Part shown: positions 56,651 through 64,000 of the stretch, piece by piece
Numbering within the stretch: the stretch's first letter is position 1
Layout: the number at the start of each line of letters is the position of its first letter
DNA from: Octopus bimaculoides
Lineage: Eukaryota
Reading direction: 5' to 3'
Length of the DNA: 64,000 nt
Assembly (NCBI RefSeq): GCF_001194135.2
Contig: NC_069007.1
Coordinates: 20,868,827-20,932,826 of the forward strand
Notes under the pieces: model-generated
The model's input: only the letters and a program-made list of their open reading frames with translations
The model's database searches: none
Told to the model about the DNA's origin: nothing
Position numbers and translations under genes: made by a program

Positions 56651-57934
56651 GAGGAAGCATATCTCTGTGATATCTTATCAAGTCACAAACACATTCATAC
56701 AGCAAGGAACCATATCCTGGCAATATTTGTGATATGTCATTCTCTTATATAGAAGATATACGTAGGAAGTATAGCTGACTTTAAGATTAGATACTGGGGG
56801 CACACAAATTCATTTATTAATCCAGATACAAAAAATTCAATTGCACCAACCACCCACATTAATAAGTTAAAAATGTGTAATAAAGAATTCAATCTGGATT
56901 GGTCTATTATAACAGAAACCATACCATATAATACACACACTAGAAGATGTAAATTATGCACAAAAAAAATCTATCAATGTACTCTGTGCTGACAAAAAAA
57001 CTTTACTTAATAAGATCTCGGATGTCATTATCCTTTTAAATTTTTTTCCAAAAATGTTTTATATGATTTTAACCTAGTTGCCCTTTGTGCATTTGGATTT
57101 ATCTTAAAACACTTATCAATAACTTCATAATCTATTTAAACATTTAATTTTAGCACGTTTTATATTATATATCATTTGCCTGAACCATATATCCCAACAC
57201 AGCATTCGAATGTTGCTTAAAACATTAAGACTTGAATAACTCTTTTATAAATCCTCTTAGATTAACTCTGATTATAGATGTTTGTTATGGCTGGAATTAA
57301 CTTGCCCATACCAACTTATATTTTCTTGAAACAGCCATAAGACTTTATACCTGCTGAAGTTTCTTCATAAAATCATTTTACACCACCATTTCATCTCTTT
57401 GGATTATCACTCCTCATTCACCATTTGCATATTTTAATATCCCCATTGATTTTAATACAGACATACAACCCTGCAAGTACATTTTTATGTATTTATATAT
57501 TTTTATATTATATCTTGTGCATGTGAGTACACCTATGTACTCATATGTCAAAAGTTGTGTCCCTTCGGCTCATTTGAATCACCATAATCGCTGTAAATTA
57601 ATTCAGGAGTGAGGTCTAAGTTTAATCTGCATGGTTAAGCTGACAGGGTTGTGTCCTCCAGTTAAACAAATCATCACCATCATCATTTAAGGTCTGTGTT
57701 CCATGCTGGCATGGGTTGGACAATTAGATAGGAGCTGGCAATGTTACACAGCCAAACTGGCGCATAATTGGAAAATACCTTGAAAGTAAAGTGGCCCTGA
57801 AATGTGAATATGAACGGAATAAAACAAATTTTGCATAAATTGGACCAGTGGTTATAGAGATATTCAGTGTTTGGAGTATAAATACCCACAAAACAGTGCA
57901 TAATGGGGAAAATACTCTAAAAAAAATATTTATA

Positions 57935-58319
57935 GGCGTAGGAGTGGCTGTGTGGTAAGTAGCTTGCCAACCACATGGTCCCGGGTTCAGTCCCACTGCG
58001 TGGCACCTTGGGCAAGTGTCTTCTACTATAGCCTCAGGCCGACCAAAGCCTTGTGAGTGGATTTGGTAGACGGAAACTGAAAAAAGCCCGTCGTATATAT
58101 GTATATATGTATGTGTGTTTGTGTGTCTGTGTTTGTCCCCCACCATCGCTTGACAACCGATGCTGGTGTGTTTACGTCCCTGTAACTTAGCGGTTCGGCA
58201 AAATAGACCGATAGAATAAGTACTAGGCTTACAAAGAATAAGTCCTGGGGTCGATTTGCTCGACTAAGGCGGTGCTCCAGCATGGCCGCAGTCAAATGAC
58301 TGAAACAAGTAAAAGAGTA
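57935..58319 (+). mobile_element. Full-length tRNA-headed SINE, family 1
   Basis: Head GGCGTAGGAGTGGCTGTGTGG..GGTTCAGTCCC, internal (TA)/(TG) tract, 3' end GACTGAAACAAGTAAAAGAG; many copies in the window. Confidence 0.88.
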
Positions 58320-58440
58320 TATGTGAAAATGACTTTAAAAATACGGTTAGTATTTCGTAGAAGATCCATTCATAATTTAGGTGTGAAATAGTTTTTTTTT
58401 CTTAGGCTTCTTTTGTGTGCATTCAACGTATCTCACCTCC

Positions 58441-58557
58441 AAAGATTTGGCTGCTATTTCTAGCTCGTCCTGCTACCATGTAACAGCTATTTGCGATAAA
58501 GGACCCAATATAACTTGCACGGTAGCAGGATATGGAAGAAATAGCAGCCAAATCTTT
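58441..58557. repeat. 117-nt fold-back inverted repeat
   Basis: Perfect 21-bp arms 58441-58461 / 58537-58557 plus perfect 10-bp inner arms 58468-58477 / 58521-58530. Confidence 0.9.
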
Positions 58558-60057
58558 CCTTTTCTCGGGGAAAAAGGAGCCGTTTACACATGATTTCGAT
58601 GTCACATTCGTTGAAAGCATGCGAAATAACATGTAAAAGAAAATAAACCCCACGAAACAAAATTCCACTTCTCCAGTGACCCAACGGGTCACCGGTACTC
58701 ATGGGAGAATGTACGAAAAAAAAAAACAACAGACGAGGACAGGTGGTGTAAACAACAAAAGGATGTATTAGTTTATATATGTATGTATATATACACAAAC
58801 ACAAAGTATGGGGGTTTAGTTTACAGGTGATCTAAACGAGTAGGTACACTAGGTAAATTCTGTAACGGATTACTAGGGCTCCAAGGTTATAGCCGAGACG
58901 GTAGTTGTGGAGCCATTGCAGATTTCCGATGCTACGGATATATAATTGTTAAAGAGAACAACAAACGTTAAGGCAAGACAAATATCTCAAGTTGTATACA
59001 TTATTTTTATTATTATTGGAAAAAAAATTCTGTTTCTTGGATATCCCCGTGTATGGGATATCCTGTCATCTGAGACAAATAGGGAAGATGAGAATGGTAT
59101 GTATTAATGAGACGACGATGTAGAGGGAGTAAAAGAATAAGGAGAAAAGAGAAGCATAAAAGTTCGTAATAAGTCCATAGGTGGGAATCTTGCGTAGATC
59201 CATTTACGTTAAGATCCTGATCGGATCGACTGGAACCCTCAACGTCGTAAGCGACGGAGTGCTCCTAGATACACACACACACATAGCTGTATGGGCACAT
59301 GCACGTATATTTGCGTGTGCAGCTATAAACTCTATATCGACCAGTTTTACAAAATCAAGGTACGTAACTCCTGTAAGTAAGAGTTATTTCCCTTGTACTA
59401 TCTTTAGAATTTATTCAACGAAGTTATAGCCAGGCAAGATTTATCTCGAAAACAGCAGGTTGGAACGTTAGAGTCACAGACAATTGCTGTTAATTTTTGG
59501 ACTCCGCTTTTACACCCTGAATTCAAATCCTGCTGTTGGGCGAGTTTGTTTTTCTATCTTTTCGTGATCGATGAATAAAATTCTCATGTAATAAAGTCAA
59601 TTCACTTGGCGCGTGCGCGTGTGGGTATATAACATATACCCACACACATACCCTACCGTTACGAAGGGCATCCAGTTGTAGAAACACTGCCAGATCAGTC
59701 AGGGGGACAGATAGATCTATCTATCCCCCCTCTCTGTCTGTCTGTCTGTCTCTCTCGCTATATATATATCTGTCTATTTATCTTTCTCTCCCTTTTATCT
59801 AACTCATGAACACACATACCCACACACACAAACCTCTACCTGTTATTCTTTTCTGTTCCACCCCACCCCTTCCTCCCACTTTCATATTAATCACTCTCCC
59901 TTTCACCTCCCTCCCTCTCTTTCTCATATTCTTCTTAGATTCTATCACACACACACTCTCTTTCTCTCTTTTACCTTCACTTTTTCTCATCTTCTTTCTC
60001 TCTTTTTTTACCACCTTGTCTATCTGCCTCACTCTTACTCACTCTCTCATATCCTTT

Positions 60058-60173
<116 letters not shown>

Positions 60174-60960
60174 ATCCTGTTACTGATGTGTTTGCACTCA
60201 ATATTTCAGCCATGGCTTCACTAACCATGATATAAATCTATATTGCAGTACATTCCTGGTGCATATGCAACGATGCAGAGTGCAGCACAATGCAGATAGG
60301 ACATAAACTATACCTACCGCTCTCTACATATCCCCCAGATATACCTACATCAACACAGGCCTGTCTCTATGCATACACACATTTTTAAAAATGTATAAGC
60401 TTAATGTTTAACTAAAGATATAAATATAGACCAGTGGTTCTTAACTGGGGGTCCACATGACCCCTAGGGGTCTGTATGAGATTTGGTCTTATGAGATTTG
60501 CAATAAATTGCAGATCATTTCTGTTTGAAATTTTAAAATTAAGTGAGAATTTTCAAATTTGGTGTATTGGTGTAATTTTTCATGCTGAATCTTAAAGCCT
60601 AATTCACTTGTTGCGGAAAAAATTTTTCTAAAGAGTTACAGAGGTTTAAAGTTTGATCATTTTTACCCAGGAAGGAGGATTTGGAAGTTGTCATTTTGTG
60701 TTGATTGCAATCGTAAGACGACAAAATAATTGTAGTTTTAAGCATTCAATATGAATTTATTGTGAATACAAGAGTAAACTACACAATTCGTAGTTTTAAG
60801 AGAAGAAAAAACAAACTAAAGTCCAGTTTGGAAAAAGAGTAAGCAGCACATTTTGTTTTGCATAAACACACATTAGTTTTGCTGGAGAGGGATAATGCTT
60901 GCCTTGTTACTATGGAAACAGGTACCTACGGTAACCTCCTGGTTAAGTAGGCACCCACGG

Positions 60961-61091
60961 AATGGTTAGGAAGGGCATCCAGCTGTAGAAACTCTGCCAG
61001 ATCAGATTGGAGCCTGGTGCAGCCATCTGGTTCGCCGGTCCTCAGTCAAATCATCCAACCCATGCTAGCATGGAAAGCGGACGTTAAACGA

Positions 61092-61138
<47 letters not shown>

Positions 61139-61140
61139 CA
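60961..61140 (+). mobile_element. 3' end of a (GAT/AAT)n-tailed retroelement (LINE/SINE tail family)
   Basis: AAGGGCATCCAGCTGTAGAAAC...CAACCCATGCTAGCATGGAAAGCGGACGTTAAACGATG + trinucleotide tail. Other copies at ~2046-2110, 5965-6135, 8515-8570, 18506-18918(-), 19845-19960(-), 20080-20200, 21033-21162(-), 28677-28940(-), 35863-36020(-), 42811-42905(-) and 57678-57765(-). Confidence 0.8.
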
Positions 61141-61741
61141 TCAGTAGTAGCAGCAGCAACATTATTATTATTATTTTTATTTAACAACAATGAGACAAGA
61201 GTCTCTATCTAACTGCAGTGAAATGATGGCTTAGATGAATTGGTGGGGTGGGTGGAAGCGGCGTGGTTGGAGAGGATAGTGGAAATTTAACAGACAGATG
61301 TTATTGACAGAGAAGCTGGCATAAATGAATAACTCAATATCCACAGATACAACACTGCTAATGAAATATGCTGCCATCATAAGTCAGGAGAAAATTGACC
61401 AAAATTTCAATAAAATTCCAATTAGATTTTCTTTTTCTTTTTTTCTATTTAACTTGCTATTGTTTAACTTTGAGTCAGTTCTAAAGAAGTAAGCCTAGAA
61501 TCAATGGCATTCCAACCGTGACCATCCTGTCTTTTTTGCTAAACATATCCTCCAATATGTCCGTTATTTTTTGTTTTTTATTTAATCCTTTTGATACCGA
61601 TTTATTTTACGTGTCACCAGCATGGGTGCCTTTTACGTGCCACTGACACAAGTGCCTCTAATGTGTCTCCAGCTCGGATCCCTTTTATAAGTCTCTGGCA
61701 CTAGCCTTGACTACGATTTTACTTGCTGTCTTCTCAACTAC

Positions 61742-61965
61742 AGCAAATTCTTTTCTACTATAGGCACATGGCCTGAAATTTTTAGGGAGGGGGACCAGTC
61801 GATTAGATCAACCCCAGCACGCAACTGGTACTTAATTTATTGACCCCGAAAGGATGAAAGGCAAAGTCAACCTCGACGGAATTTGAACTCAGAACGTAAA
61901 GACAGATGAAATACCACTAAGTATTTCGCCTGGTGTGCTAACGTTTCTGCCGGCTCACCGCCTTC
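61742..61965 (-). mobile_element. Family-2 SINE
   Basis: Reverse complement of the 2186-2400 type sequence. Confidence 0.82.
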
Positions 61966-62149
61966 TCGAATACAGCAAATTGCCAAAGGTCTCAATCATT
62001 AATTATCGCCTCCACCGACCTTAATATTTCTTTCTAATTTTGGAAAATGGCTGGCATTTGAGAGGAGTGGGGGAAGTCAAGTACATTAACTCCCAGTGCT
62101 CAACTGGTACTTATTTTATCAGTCTCTGAAATGAGAGAAGACAAAATAG

Positions 62150-62570
62150 ACCAGCTTAATAAGGACAAAGTTATATTACTAAATTCTTCATCATTTCCAA
62201 AATTAATTAAAACAAAGCAGTGTATTTCAGCAGAAATATGGTAACAAAAGGGTTAAAGTGATCAAAAAACCTCATATCATGATTTCATGTTAATTTATTT
62301 TCCAAACACCAGCTTAATAATGACAAAGTTATTTTATTAGATTCTTTGCTATTTTTAAAATTAATCGAAGCAAAATTAATTTATTGCAATAGAAATGTGT
62401 TACCAGAAGGGTTTAAACGATCTAGACACAAACCTCCAATCAAAAATTCATGTTAATTTATGTTTTAGATACCAGCTTAATAATAACAAAATTATTTCAT
62501 TAATTTTTTTTTTTTTCAAAATTAATTAAAGCAAAGTCAGTGTGTCTCAACAGAAATATGGTAACAAAAC
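62150..62570 (+). repeat. Three diverged ~160-bp tandem units of a MITE end
   Basis: CCAGCTTAATAA recurs at ~62151, ~62309 and ~62472; the first two units end AAGGGTTAA / AAGGGTTTAA. Confidence 0.7.
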
Positions 62571-62885
62571 TGTCAAAATAGTAATGTGATTTGAGGGAGA
62601 TTTGGCTGCTGTTTCTAGCTGGAGGATTTCCCTGGTTGCTTTCATCATTTAATGAGTATTTTAATGGATGAAATTGTAAAGACAAATTTTAAGAGTTTCT
62701 GATTGAAATATTTGCATTTATTTCACTGAATATCGTTTCCTATCATCAAGAGATCACAAAGTCAAGAAAAATCTGCAACGAAAATAGCTTTATTTACAGA
62801 TAATTATTGATTAACATTTTGTAACTATAGAAATAACAAAAAACTCCATCACTAAACCGCCATTAATATCGCAGCAGACGTTTTT

Positions 62886-63400
62886 GACAACCTCCACCTC
62901 CACCTCCACTTCCACCTCTACCTCCTCCTCCTCCTCCTCTGCCTTGTTTCTCACCACACCACCTTCTCCACCATCTTCTTTACTTCCAACTGCAGCACAA
63001 CCTCCTCTGCACCCTCCAACCTTCATTGTCTTCACCACTACCACCACCACCATCTTTATCAATATTTTTTCCTTCTCTCTTAACAGTTTTCAACAAATTT
63101 CCTCCTCCTCCCTCTCTTTCTTCTTCACTGTTGTCATATTTTTCCACTATTATTTCATCTCTCTACTACTAGCTCTTTCTTTACCTTTTTTTCTCCTGCT
63201 CTCTCTCTCTCTCTCTCTTTCACTCTCCTCTGTTCCTCACCCTATCTATCTCCCTTCTCCTCTCTCTCTTCCTCTCTCCCTCCCCTTCTCTCCCCTCACC
63301 TTTCTCAATTCCCTCCCATCTCCTCCTCCTCCTCTCTTCCTTCTCTCTCCCCTCTCTTCCCATTCTTTCTCACTTCCCTCCCTCTCTTCCCTGCTCTCAT
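62886..63400. repeat. Pyrimidine-rich low-complexity tract, (CCT/CAC)n and (CT)n
   Basis: Visible directly in the sequence. Confidence 0.9.
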
Positions 63401-63668
63401 TGACATAAACGGTGGGGTGAGGGGGCTTCAAGACACCACTGTATTTCAACCTAGTTGTGCCTCTTCAGTGAAAGCTCCCCCTTTGGTCTATGAACCTAAA
63501 CAACTAATGCTGTCTCTTGTTCATAGAATTCAGCAAATAAGTAAAAAGCACCAATGCTGGTGCCACAAGAAAAGCACCCAGTCCACTCTATAAAGTTTTT
63601 TATTTATCTATTTCTTATAAAGAAATAAATTTTTCCTATGTATGGTTACTTGAATCACCCTGTATATA

Positions 63669-64000
63669 TACTCTTTTACTCTTTTACTTGTTTCAGTCTT
63701 TTGTCTGCGGCCATGCTGGAGCACCGCCTTTTAGTCGAGCAAATCGACCCCAGGACTTATTCTTTATAAGCCTAGTACTTATTCTATCGGTCTATTTTGC
63801 CGAACTGCTAAGTTACGGGGACATAAACACACCACCATCGGTTGTCAAGCGATGTTGAAGGGACAAACACAGACACACAAACACATACACACATACATAT
63901 ATATATATACATATATACGACGGGCTTCTTTCAGTTTCCGTCTACCAAATCCACTCACAAGGCTTTAGTCAGCCTGTGGCTATAGTAGAAGACACTTGCC
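63669..64000 (-). mobile_element. SINE, family 1 (head lies beyond the window end)
   Basis: Collinear with 54552-54890. Confidence 0.87.

Noticed and set aside
3528-56723. Many 60-150-aa ORFs overlapping ZNF genes in antisense or shifted frames (e.g. 10822-11229, 41617-41934, 49466-49909, 56376-56723)
   Set aside because: By-products of the 84-bp periodic finger sequence; the peptides are themselves periodic and have no independent signals

Overview
AT-rich eukaryotic scaffold with N-gaps. It is almost certainly from a coleoid cephalopod (Octopus-like). This is an inference from the dense cluster of single-exon C2H2 genes and the recognisable tRNA-headed SINE families. The window holds 15 tandem C2H2 zinc-finger genes (G1-G15) in two subfamilies. 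Family A (10 genes) has a conserved acidic N-terminus (MEDVNxLDTSN...ETFTEQRS...NITEYSC), F-H-C-E-I-C fingers and a conserved ~230-bp upstream cassette. Family B (5 genes) is finger-only with Y-H-C-D-I-C fingers, and has a conserved splice acceptor followed by a ~420-nt leader upstream of the ATG. Most genes trail off into decayed fingers, one of which has become an 80-bp minisatellite. Intergenic DNA is packed with several SINE families, (CAT)n-tailed retroelement ends, TTAA-flanked piggyBac-type MITEs, a mariner MITE, RTE-like LINE fragments, and hAT and Chapaev3-like transposase remnants. One unexplained 1.35-kb insert with a textbook Pol II promoter lies at 25.9-27.2 kb. The last ~7 kb has no ZNF gene and is repeat and microsatellite DNA. 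All family assignments come from motif recognition by eye; no database search was run.
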